A stretch of 44,629 nt of DNA from the IMG/VR virus record IMGVR_UViG_3300020045_005117, positions 1 through 44,629 of that record. One strand, given 5' to 3'. The notes under the pieces were generated by a model. The model was not told the DNA's origin, did not search any database, and saw nothing but the letters and a program-made list of their open reading frames with translations. The stretch is from a virus (lineage: Duplodnaviria; Caudoviricetes). Of this stretch, positions 36,507 through 44,610 are shown piece by piece (within the stretch, counting starts at the first letter, position 1; every line of letters begins with the position of its first letter). The position numbers and the translations under genes were made by a program.

Positions 36507-36968
36507 ATGACAGACACAACAAATATATGGTTAGTAGGCGTACTGTGCTTAATAGCAGGATTGATAGTAGGTTTTGTAATGCATCCGGATACTAAGACAG
36601 TAAACGTCCCTGGAGAAACAGTCACAAAGACAGTGCCAGTTGAAGTAATCAAAGAAGTGGTAAAAATAGTACCAACTCAGATTGATTATCCAGCTTTGGC
36701 TCTCGCAACAGTTCAAGACAAACTTGGAGACAAGGATTCGTTTTTAACATGCGGAGATACTGTATACGATGAAGATGAAGTCACAGTCACAAAAGTATAT
36801 GATGATTATACCTTTGAGTCGATTGACAAATCTGACAACGAATATGCAGTAACATTCACAGCTAAGTTTAAATTCACTGACGGAAGCGATGATGCTCCTT
36901 GCAGAGAAACAAGAACTTATCAGGTTACTTATGAGGACGACGAAAAACAAAAAATCGAACTCAAGTAA
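36507..36968 (+). CDS. Membrane-anchored acidic extracellular protein
   Basis: N-terminal TM WLVGVLCLIAGLIVGFVM, V/T/K/E stalk, Asp-rich domain with 2 Cys. Confidence 0.75.
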   Translation: MTDTTNIWLVGVLCLIAGLIVGFVMHPDTKTVNVPGETVTKTVPVEVIKEVVKIVPTQIDYPALALATVQDKLGDKDSFLTCGDTVYDEDEVTVTKVYDDYTFESIDKSDNEYAVTFTAKFKFTDGSDDAPCRETRTYQVTYEDDEKQKIELK

Positions 36969-37001
36969 GTATTCAATTAATTTATTATTTTTTTAATTTA
37001 C

Positions 37002-37015
37002 AAAAGATTTAAATA
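37002..37015 (+). promoter_or_regulatory. BRE-TATA promoter (AAAAGA-TTTAAATA) after a T-rich terminator
   Basis: Same core and similar downstream GT(T)AAGTA as the 12333 promoter. Confidence 0.68.
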
Positions 37016-37053
37016 GTAAGTAGTTTAATTAATTAGTATGAACGAGGTGGACA

Positions 37054-37764
37054 ATGTCTTGGACTGATGAACATATCCTTGAAGTCATAAAGAAACTAAG
37101 GGATGAGTTCAATGTATCTACATTCGTAGAGACTGGAACGTTCAAAGGTATTAACGCCTTTGTTCAGGCTAATAATTTTAAACATGTAATTACTTGTGAG
37201 AAGGTAGAATCTAATTATTTAATAGCGAAAGATAGGCTAAAAAACAAGCCTAATGTAAAAGTAGTACATGAAGATAGCAGTGAATTCTTAAGAAAATTTG
37301 TGATTGATTACAAGAAAAACAAATTAAAAGAGACTGTAATCATTTATCTAGATGCACATTTCTATGATCCAACAGCAATAGATAAGTTCGTAGTATTAAA
37401 CGAACTCAAAGCACTACAAGGATTCAAAAATGCTATTATTATAATCCATGATTACGATAACGGAATGGGTCATATTTGCTATGATGGCGTGCACCTAGGA
37501 AACGATTTAATCAGAGAGGACATAACAAAGGTCAATAAAAAGTTTGTTTATTATACGAACGAACCAGAGAATTCTAAAGTATTCACAGAGATAAACCTTG
37601 ATAAAATAGGTCTAGAAAAGGACAAAGATGCTATAGATAATATTAGATACGCATGGACAAGCGAGAGACTAACTAAACGAGGATTATTATTTGCATTACC
37701 TAGAAAAATCAATAAGCATAAATATCAATTATCACCATGGAACTTGGACTCAAAGGGAAAGTAG
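37054..37764 (+). CDS. Class I SAM-dependent methyltransferase-like protein
   Basis: FVETGTFKG, HEDS, IYLDAH, IIIHD. Confidence 0.78.
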   Translation: MSWTDEHILEVIKKLRDEFNVSTFVETGTFKGINAFVQANNFKHVITCEKVESNYLIAKDRLKNKPNVKVVHEDSSEFLRKFVIDYKKNKLKETVIIYLDAHFYDPTAIDKFVVLNELKALQGFKNAIIIIHDYDNGMGHICYDGVHLGNDLIREDITKVNKKFVYYTNEPENSKVFTEINLDKIGLEKDKDAIDNIRYAWTSERLTKRGLLFALPRKINKHKYQLSPWNLDSKGK

Positions 37765-38306
37765 CTCTAATTACTGGAGGATCCAAAGGAATAGGTCTAG
37801 CAATTAAGAAAGCATTAGAACTAGAAGGAGCAAAGGTAATAAGTTGGAGTCGAACAGACGGAATCGATTTGACAGACTCAATTCCCAAATTACCTCCAAT
37901 CGATATCTTAATCAACAATTTCGGAGGAGCCGGCAGAGCATACAATCTAGTGCCTATGTATAATAATTTCGAAGTAATGGCTAATTTAATTAATCAATTT
38001 ATCCAATTCAGAAACTGGGGAAGAGTAATCACCATAAGCTCAATATTTGGAAAGGAGAAAGGAATAAACCCTTACTTTACTGCAGCCAAGAGTGCTCAAA
38101 TAGCATTTATGAAGAGCATGGCTGGAAAGCACCATGGAATAACATTTAATACTATTTGTCCAGGACACATAGATGTAGACAAAGGATGGACTGGTGGAAA
38201 GCCAGAAGATGTAGCTTGGATAGTAGCTTTCTTATGTTCTGAGAAAGCCGGATGGATTAATGGAGCAACGATAACAGTAGACAATGGAGAATCTCATTCT
38301 TTTTAG
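37737..38306 (+). CDS. Classical SDR ketoreductase (FabG-like, shortened)
   Basis: ITGGSKGIG, DILINN, ISS, ICPG, WINGATITVDNG. Confidence 0.9.
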   Translation: MELGLKGKVALITGGSKGIGLAIKKALELEGAKVISWSRTDGIDLTDSIPKLPPIDILINNFGGAGRAYNLVPMYNNFEVMANLINQFIQFRNWGRVITISSIFGKEKGINPYFTAAKSAQIAFMKSMAGKHHGITFNTICPGHIDVDKGWTGGKPEDVAWIVAFLCSEKAGWINGATITVDNGESHSF

Positions 38307-38367
38307 ATAGATTTAAATAAATACATAAGTTATATTTAATGAGGGGTATTCATGGTTTCCCCCTCAT

Positions 38368-38438
38368 GTCGCTATAGTTTAATGGTAGAACATCAGTTTT
38401 GTAAACTGATTATGTGGGTTCGATTCCTGCTAGTGACT
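38368..38438 (+). tRNA. tRNA-Thr(UGU)
   Basis: Acceptor GTCGCTA/TAGTGAC, anticodon arm TCAGT-TTTGTAA-ACTGA, T loop TTCGATT, discriminator U, no CCA. Confidence 0.9.
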
Positions 38439-38440
38439 TT

Positions 38441-38512
38441 AGCGAATGAGGAAGATGGGAATCCGTCGGCCCCATGAGCCGAAGAAAACTAGTTCGATTC
38501 TAGTATTCGCTA
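38441..38512 (+). tRNA. tRNA-Met(CAU), initiator-like and atypical
   Basis: Acceptor AGCGAAT/ATTCGCT (A1:U72), anticodon arm TCGGC-CCCATGA-GCCGA, T arm ACTAG-TTCGATT-CTAGT. Confidence 0.85.
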
Positions 38513-38673
38513 TTGTATTAACTACGAAATAGTAATGAACATTAGAAAGTTTTAAAAAGAAATGCAGTCTGAAATAAACAGCTTACAAAGGGAGATAACC
38601 TTAAACTGGGAGAAACACTGGTGGTGGGTGCACCCTTTAGAGGCTAAAGCACACCGACGCTTAAGAGGGAACC

Positions 38674-39060
38674 ATGAAGGCATTCAACTTAGAAAGAAAT
38701 CCAACACTCAAACAAACCAAACAAACAAGCCAGATCACATTAAATGGTCAAGTAGCTACTACCCCCACCATAACAGGGAACTATGGGGACAGGTACTTAA
38801 CAATTAATTACTTTAAATTACTGGAAGTTTTTTATTTAGATTTCTCCGATTACGGAATATCTCGCAAGACTCTACAAAACCTAGGATTTGCGGAAAACAC
38901 ATCAGATAGAATATTAAAAAGATTACTAAGGCTAAATTACATTAAGGTGATCGCTAAAAATGTGGGTCCAAACAAATGCATGAAATACTATAAAATAACT
39001 GAAGAAGGAGCAGTACACTTTGAATCTTTTGAAAAGAAAATAGTATACGCCAAGAAATGA
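38674..39060 (+). CDS. Winged-helix (MarR/PadR-like) DNA-binding protein
   Basis: TSDRILKRLLRLNYIKV...KYYKITEEG; low-complexity N-terminus, so the start is uncertain. Confidence 0.75.
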   Translation: MKAFNLERNPTLKQTKQTSQITLNGQVATTPTITGNYGDRYLTINYFKLLEVFYLDFSDYGISRKTLQNLGFAENTSDRILKRLLRLNYIKVIAKNVGPNKCMKYYKITEEGAVHFESFEKKIVYAKK

Positions 39061-39200
39061 GACTTAAACAATTATGCCCAGTATGTGGAACTAGATCTAA
39101 AAAGATTTATAGAATCGTCGGAGATAAATCAAATTGCAGCCGATGTGGATATACTCATAAACCAAGTCAAGATTTAAGATTCGATGTCACGATAGAATAG
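39057..39200 (+). CDS. 47-aa CPxCG Zn-ribbon protein
   Basis: Hand-translated MRLKQLCPVCG...CSRCGY; ATGA overlap. Confidence 0.7.
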   Translation: MRLKQLCPVCGTRSKKIYRIVGDKSNCSRCGYTHKPSQDLRFDVTIE

Positions 39201-39231
39201 TATGGCTTAACTTAATAGTGACACATCAAAA

Positions 39232-39247
39232 TAGAAAGTTTTATAAA
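39232..39247 (+). promoter_or_regulatory. BRE-TATA promoter (TAGAAAG-TTTTATAAA) for the early gene block
   Basis: Same TAGAAAG+TTT(T)A pattern as at 12325, 38543 and 44047. Confidence 0.7.
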
Positions 39248-39304
39248 CCCCTTTCAACTACTATAATTGCAAGAAAACACAAGAAACTTGCAAGGAAAAA
39301 AACC

Positions 39305-40021
39305 ATGAAACAAACAACACAAAAACAGAGGACGCATCCAGAATGGATGGTAAACCTTGCTTTGCGAGGCGCCCACCAAAGAATTAAATTGGAGCACCAA
39401 GACGCTGTCCTTCACTGGACAAAGAACGTTTCGGTGGAATACCATGACAACTAAACTAGGGAGGGTAGTACTAAACCTATCCATCGACCAAGCAGTGATC
39501 CTACAAGGGTTACTAGCTAACATAGGGGACGAAACCGCCAGGAAAATATGCCTAAGGATTCAAAAGACCCTAAATAAACCTGCAAAGGAGGCGATGCCCG
39601 AACTTCAGAGAGCAATGAATGAAGTAGCAAACGAGTTAATATGAAATGCCAAATAAACTTCGATGCAGACTTAGCAGATCAGAACTTATCTGACTGCCTA
39701 GCAAGAGACAGATGCGAGAAGGCTGCACAGGAAATAAGGGGGTGGTTAAATGGCTTGGATAACTGAGTTCATCTACCCACACAAGTGCTCCTTCTGCAAT
39801 AAGGAAACAATGCGCTGTGAAGGGATACACGCCATATGCGAGAGGTGCAAAGAATGGAACTCTTAAATCCTAGCATACACAAGTGGGTAAGCCATAAGTG
39901 CGAAACAGAGAATTGTGAAGGAAGAGCAACTGGAACTTTAATCACAATGACACCTGAAGGTATGAAAGAGAAGGATTTGTGTGTAGAATGCTTTCAAAAA
40001 ACAAGGGAGGTAAAACCATGA
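39305..40021 (+). CDS. Five coupled small ORFs (39305..39454, 39444..39644, 39641..39766, 39750..39866, 39854..40021); the last two are Cys4 Zn fingers
   Basis: ORF track plus hand translation (MAWITEFIYPHKCSFC...ICERC; CETENC...LCVEC); SD-like GGTGG/GAGGTG. Confidence 0.6.
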
Positions 40022-40488
40022 CGACAATAATACGAATCAAGAGCGTGGAATCTGCAATGACGAGTACTGATAAACCATACTGGAAAGTCGATACTGACCA
40101 GGGTAAAATGAGTTTATGGGAAGATGATATAGCAGGCCAACTCGAAGAGTGCAGACAGAAAAACCAATCTGCAGAAGTCGAAATCAAGACAAAGGGAGCT
40201 TACAAGAATATAGTTAAATTTGTTAAGGCAATCGATACACCCAACGTCGCACCTGCATACGCAACAGATAAATATGAAGGAGCTAGAGACGATAAGACTT
40301 GGAGTATGAGGGAGAGTTATGCTAAGGATTTATTTGGGATGCTAATCACTCAGAATCCGATAGTTACAATGGATCCAAAAGAGCGAGAACAACAAACACT
40401 AGAACTTGCCGAGTTAGCAGTGAAAGTAGAAAATGCGCTAAGAATCGGAACAAATAAAATAGAGGTCAAGGATGAAAAGAAAGTGTGA
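40018..40488 (+). CDS. Putative OB-fold ssDNA-binding protein
   Basis: KPYWKV...MSLWE...VEIKTKGAYKNI strand/aromatic pattern; GGAGGT SD. Confidence 0.5.
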   Translation: MTTIIRIKSVESAMTSTDKPYWKVDTDQGKMSLWEDDIAGQLEECRQKNQSAEVEIKTKGAYKNIVKFVKAIDTPNVAPAYATDKYEGARDDKTWSMRESYAKDLFGMLITQNPIVTMDPKEREQQTLELAELAVKVENALRIGTNKIEVKDEKKV

Positions 40489-40570
40489 TACCTGCGGAAA
40501 GGAAAGAAAGTGCTGGACATCGGACCAAATAACATACGAATGCTTTGACTGCTCACAGGTGATTAAATGA
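40472..40570 (+). CDS. 32-aa Zn-finger microprotein (MKRKCDTCG...ECFDC)
   Basis: Hand-translated; GAGGT SD; ATGA overlap. Confidence 0.6.
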   Translation: MKRKCDTCGKERKCWTSDQITYECFDCSQVIK

Positions 40571-41085
40571 CAAACACGATTAAACTAAACGATGTAGAGT
40601 ACATCAAAAAGGAGGAATTCGATAAACTTCAAACTACTCTTAAGTCCTTAGAAAAAGTCAAACCTTTGAAATGCAAAAGATTCGGAACAAGTATAGAAAT
40701 AGGGATATTGAAGGGATTAAATAGGATATTTACTGGAGAAGGAGAAGATTCTATATCTGAGGAAGAAGCGGTCGAAAAAGGAGCATTAGTGATTGACCCT
40801 GCAAATGTGATATGCTGCATAGGAAAAACAGAAGAATCTAAACGAGTGCTTGCTAGGTTTATATCCTCTGAAAGAGAACTCAATAAAATGCCTGAACTAA
40901 AGTTTGAAGTGGAAAAAGAAGCTCATGGTAAATACTCTATGGAGTACATCCAAAAGATGACTGAGTTCTTTGATACCATAGGATCCGATGCGGTGAAAAT
41001 AACCATGGGATTAAACTGCCCAATTAAAATGGAGGACAACGACTTCGCATTAATACTTGCGCCAAGACTTGAATCAGAAGAATGA
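40567..41085 (+). CDS. Truncated PCNA/sliding-clamp-like protein
   Basis: IDPANV resembles the PCNA MDPxxV motif; KYSMEYI...VKITMG.NCPIKM...LILAPR resembles the PCNA C-terminus. Confidence 0.78.
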   Translation: MTNTIKLNDVEYIKKEEFDKLQTTLKSLEKVKPLKCKRFGTSIEIGILKGLNRIFTGEGEDSISEEEAVEKGALVIDPANVICCIGKTEESKRVLARFISSERELNKMPELKFEVEKEAHGKYSMEYIQKMTEFFDTIGSDAVKITMGLNCPIKMEDNDFALILAPRLESEE

Positions 41086-41306
41086 GAATAATACAAGAGG
41101 TACTTTCGGCTAAGAAAGATACAACATACATAGTAAACGTAGAAGTAACTCAATCAGGATTGGTAGATGCTACCTGCACGTGTATGTGGAGTACAATAGA
41201 ACTGGGCAGACACCCAGATTTTATTGACAGAAAACTCTGCAAACACATCAAAGCAACTCTAGAAGCCATCAAAAACCCAAGTAAACAAAAGGAGCTAGAC
41301 AAATGA
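41082..41306 (+). CDS. SWIM zinc-finger protein
   Basis: YIVNV...CTC...CKHI. Confidence 0.8.
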   Translation: MRIIQEVLSAKKDTTYIVNVEVTQSGLVDATCTCMWSTIELGRHPDFIDRKLCKHIKATLEAIKNPSKQKELDK

Positions 41307-41551
41307 GAGACACAAGCCAACAGGCCCTAGAGAGCATACAAACCCAGAAAGAGAGTTTGACTAGCCTAGTGTACAATCTAATCAAAGCACAGCCAAGCAC
41401 ATGCTCAGAGATAGAGAGTTACTTAAACTTAAGGCATCAGACTGCATCTGCCCGAATCTCAGAATTAAACAAAGCCAATAAGATCATAGATTCAGGTGAA
41501 CGAAGAACAACCGAATCAGGCAGAAAAGCCATAGTCTGGAGAATCCAATGA
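41303..41551 (+). CDS. Small winged-helix DNA-binding protein
   Basis: TCSEIE...HQTASARISEL...IIDSGERRTTESGRKAIVW. Confidence 0.8.
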   Translation: MRDTSQQALESIQTQKESLTSLVYNLIKAQPSTCSEIESYLNLRHQTASARISELNKANKIIDSGERRTTESGRKAIVWRIQ

Positions 41552-42000
41552 TAGATCATAAAAGCACAGATGAAATAGTGTGCCCTTACTGTGGAATTAA
41601 ATTCAGCGATAGTTGGGAATATCATGACAGCGATGGAGAGGTGATCAGTTGTCAAGTATGCGATAAACAATTTAACTTAACAATAGATCATTCAGTGGAC
41701 TACACAACCTCGAAAATAGCCTGTGCAGATGATAAACATGAATGGGAAGAAGCAGAAGAATCTTATCATATAAACACTACTACGTATGAAACAAGAAATG
41801 GTAGACTTACACGATTTATGCTCCCAGATGAGAAATTTAAGTATTTAGTGATTCAAAAATGCAGGAATTGTGATAAATACAGCTACAAACACGAGATAAC
41901 TAAAGAAGAGTGGATTGCTAAGTATCCAGGAAAGTATGAAATGTATCTAAAATGGATTGAACAGGATAAAAAAACATTACCTATATGGGAGGAAGAATGA
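41548..42000 (+). CDS. Zn-ribbon protein
   Basis: CPYCG...CQVC plus C...H...CRNC. Confidence 0.75.
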   Translation: MIDHKSTDEIVCPYCGIKFSDSWEYHDSDGEVISCQVCDKQFNLTIDHSVDYTTSKIACADDKHEWEEAEESYHINTTTYETRNGRLTRFMLPDEKFKYLVIQKCRNCDKYSYKHEITKEEWIAKYPGKYEMYLKWIEQDKKTLPIWEEE

Positions 42001-42656
42001 AGAAGATAGACATGAGCTTCTGTTTAAGCAATCATGAAGTAATCTCAGTAGATGAAGGATTTTATAGTGCTGATGATGTCAAGACATTCATAAAAACTAT
42101 AACTCATGAAATCTATTCGAATATAAATATTACTGCAAGACAAAAAAGGAATTTATCAAAAGCAATACGAAAACTAGCAGGAGATAAATTAATATGATAA
42201 AAATCATCTGTATCCAATGTAATAAAGAGCACTGCAAATGTGGAAAGTTTGACTATGTAGAAGTGGAGCGTGAAGAATGACTATTGCATTAAAAAACCAA
42301 GAAATACTTGAAAAATTTGCTGAAAATCCAGAATCAATACAATCATATAAACAAATAGTGGATGTTATCGAACAAGCAGACGCCAACGCCCAAGCACATT
42401 GTCAAAAACAATATATGGAATGGGTGAAAGAACAATGTGACATTATAATGCACACAGGTGGACAAGATACCGATATAGTTAGATTATTAAAAATCTTGGT
42501 GGATAAGAAATGAAATCACTACTAAGTACTAAGCCATGTAATCAAGATTTATGCAGATGTGGAAATTACAAAAGAAAAGGAGCTAAAAGATGTAGACAAT
42601 GTTTTTGTAAAAAGAAGCATGGTCAATTATCAAAATTAACATGGCGAAAAGACTAA
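41997..42656 (+). CDS. Four coupled small ORFs (41997..42197, 42194..42280, 42277..42513, 42510..42656); two are Cys-rich
   Basis: Chain of ATGA overlaps; MIKIICIQC..HCKC; LCRCG...RCRQC. Confidence 0.6.
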
Positions 42657-42850
42657 CTCAACACAAAAAGGAATTAATCAAAGAGTTTGTAGGATACAAG
42701 TGCGAACACTGTCATAAAAAAAAATATGCAGACGAACTAGAGATTCATCGAATAAACAGAGGATATTGTGGTGGAGAATACTGTCTTACGAATATAAAAG
42801 TGATTTGTAGATCATGTCATGACTTGACACATTATAAGGAGTTTAGATGA
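42641..42850 (+). CDS. Small HNH-fold protein
   Basis: CEHC...LEIHRI...GG.Y...NIKVICRSCHDLTH. Confidence 0.8.
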   Translation: MAKRLTQHKKELIKEFVGYKCEHCHKKKYADELEIHRINRGYCGGEYCLTNIKVICRSCHDLTHYKEFR

Positions 42851-43439
42851 CTGGAGGATTGGTAAGTAAGGCTAGGAGACAGAGAGAGAGATATTATGAA
42901 AGATACTCAAAAGGCATATGTGCATATTGCTCTAAATCTAGAACACCCCGAACACATTTTTGTGAATATCATCATTTAAAAAAGAGGATTTCTGAGGTAA
43001 GAACTCAACTGCATCAGTATGAGAAATACCTAGAATTTTTAGATAATGAGAAGAGAGTACATTGAACCTGACGAAAATCCCAAGAAAGCAGTATGCAATA
43101 ACTGCGGAATTGAGACTAACGAACTATACGAAAATGTGACAAAGATATCAGTCAAATGGGTTTGTAGAAAATGTCGTGATTTTAGATATGGCCGATATGA
43201 TTATAAATCTAGGAATACTAAAGATCGTGTACCTCCTCATGGATAGATTTAAAGAAGTAGAGTATGAAGTAATTATAGGCATTAGAAAATCGAGATTAAT
43301 CTGTGGAAGAATACGAAATCCACAATTCAATGAAGATATAACCGAAGTTAGGGGATACTGTGCATTATATGATAGGCCATGCGATAACACCAAGCTACCA
43401 AATTATAGTTGCAAAAGAGAAGAGGAATTTTTTAAATGA
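42847..43439 (+). CDS. Three small Cys/His-rich ORFs (42847..43065, 43046..43246, 43239..43439)
   Basis: CAYC..CEYH; CNNC..CRKC; overlapping starts and stops. Confidence 0.6.
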
Positions 43440-43765
43440 ATAGAATCAGAAGAATGAGAATAGATCGTAATAAAAAAGATAAACAATGGTCAATAGACGT
43501 AAGAAATAAATATCTGAATAAATGCGCAATACCAAATTGCGAGTGCACGGAAATGTTAAATGCACATCATATCATTCCTAGAGAGTTTCAAGAAACTAGA
43601 TGGGATATAAATAATGGAGTAGCCTTGTGTCCCAAGCATCACAAGTTTGGGAAATACAGTGCACATAAAAATGCTTTATGGTTTATAAGAGTATTATTAA
43701 GAGAAGATTTAAATAGAATGAACCAGTTAGGAGATATAATGGACAACATATCGAGGGGAGAATGA
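43436..43765 (+). CDS. HNH endonuclease (NinG-like)
   Basis: DKQWSIDVR, LNAHHI, RWDINNGVALCPKHH. Confidence 0.85.
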   Translation: MNRIRRMRIDRNKKDKQWSIDVRNKYLNKCAIPNCECTEMLNAHHIIPREFQETRWDINNGVALCPKHHKFGKYSAHKNALWFIRVLLREDLNRMNQLGDIMDNISRGE

Positions 43766-44049
43766 CTCTAACAACAAATGCAGTGTTGGTTCACGATTTA
43801 GAGAATATAGAAATCTTTCCAATATCTGTCAACGATAATAATTATATTAAAGTTCGAAAGAAACTAGAATTTGAAAAATATGTGATAGTATGCATACTAA
43901 AACAGATGAAAGATAGAGGAGAAATAAAATCAATCTGGAGACCTAGAAATAAAAAGATGCAAAGTACTCTCGATAATATAGTAAAAGCTAAGAGAACAAT
44001 AGATAAATCTATAGACAAAATAAAAGAATTATTTTATAGAAATAAATAG
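43762..44049 (+). CDS. Hypothetical basic protein
   Basis: 95-aa ORF, ATGA-coupled. Confidence 0.6.
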   Translation: MTLTTNAVLVHDLENIEIFPISVNDNNYIKVRKKLEFEKYVIVCILKQMKDRGEIKSIWRPRNKKMQSTLDNIVKAKRTIDKSIDKIKELFYRNK

Positions 44050-44078
44050 AAAAGTTTATATAGTGAGTGGTATATACT
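44047..44078 (+). promoter_or_regulatory. BRE-TATA (TAGAAAAG-TTTATATA) followed by GGTATATACT
   Basis: TATA starts 30 nt before ATG 44085; a one-mismatch copy of the late palindrome lies downstream of TATA. Confidence 0.65.
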
Positions 44079-44084
44079 ACCCCA

Positions 44085-44414
44085 ATGGAAGAGGATTACT
44101 TTAAGAAATATTATCAAAAAAATAGAGATGCGTTAAACGAATATAAAAGAAATTATTATAGAGAGTGGAGAAAAAGAAATAGGGAAATTAATAACTTACG
44201 AAGGAGAATATATGTTCTAGAGAATAAGGAAAAGATTGCTGCTCAATTAAAAACTAGAAATATAAAAATTCCAAATGGAACTTTATGTATGTGTTGTCAT
44301 AAAAGACCTGCAGTTGAAAAGCATCATATAGATTATTCAAATCCTCATAGATTATCCGCTGTTTGTAGACAATGCCATTATAAATTAAATAGGAGGGATA
44401 AAAGTGCAGTATAA
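44085..44414 (+). CDS. HNH-fold protein with basic helical N-terminus
   Basis: CMCC...EKHHIDYSNP...VCRQCH. Confidence 0.78.
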   Translation: MEEDYFKKYYQKNRDALNEYKRNYYREWRKRNREINNLRRRIYVLENKEKIAAQLKTRNIKIPNGTLCMCCHKRPAVEKHHIDYSNPHRLSAVCRQCHYKLNRRDKSAV

Positions 44415-44610
44415 ATTGAGGTCGATTGTGAGTTCATGCGATAAAAAGGTTGTAGGCTTAACAGTACCAAATGAAATAGCCATATTTTTTAAACACTGCT
44501 CATTCAATATTACTCGCTCAGGAAATTGCATAGTGTACTCATCAGGAACATCAATAATCCCAACTAAACAAGAGGTCGAAAACTATCAATTCGAAGATTG
44601 CAGATTATGA
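44404..44610 (+). CDS. AbrB/SpoVT-like small regulator (putative)
   Basis: KLRSI...VGLTVPNEIA...IVYS swapped-hairpin-like pattern. Confidence 0.5.
   Translation: MQYKLRSIVSSCDKKVVGLTVPNEIAIFFKHCSFNITRSGNCIVYSSGTSIIPTKQEVENYQFEDCRL

Noticed and set aside
37737-38306. fabG fatty-acid synthesis gene
   Set aside because: Only generic SDR motifs are present and there are no ACP or other fab genes.
38562-38807. 81-aa plus-strand ORF MQSEINSL...
   Set aside because: Its ATG lies too close to the TATA box to be transcribed from it, it overlaps the wHTH gene out of frame, and it has no motif.
173-43393. All minus-strand ORFs in the track
   Set aside because: They are short antisense shadows of convincing plus-strand genes, with F/S/L/I-biased composition and no motifs.
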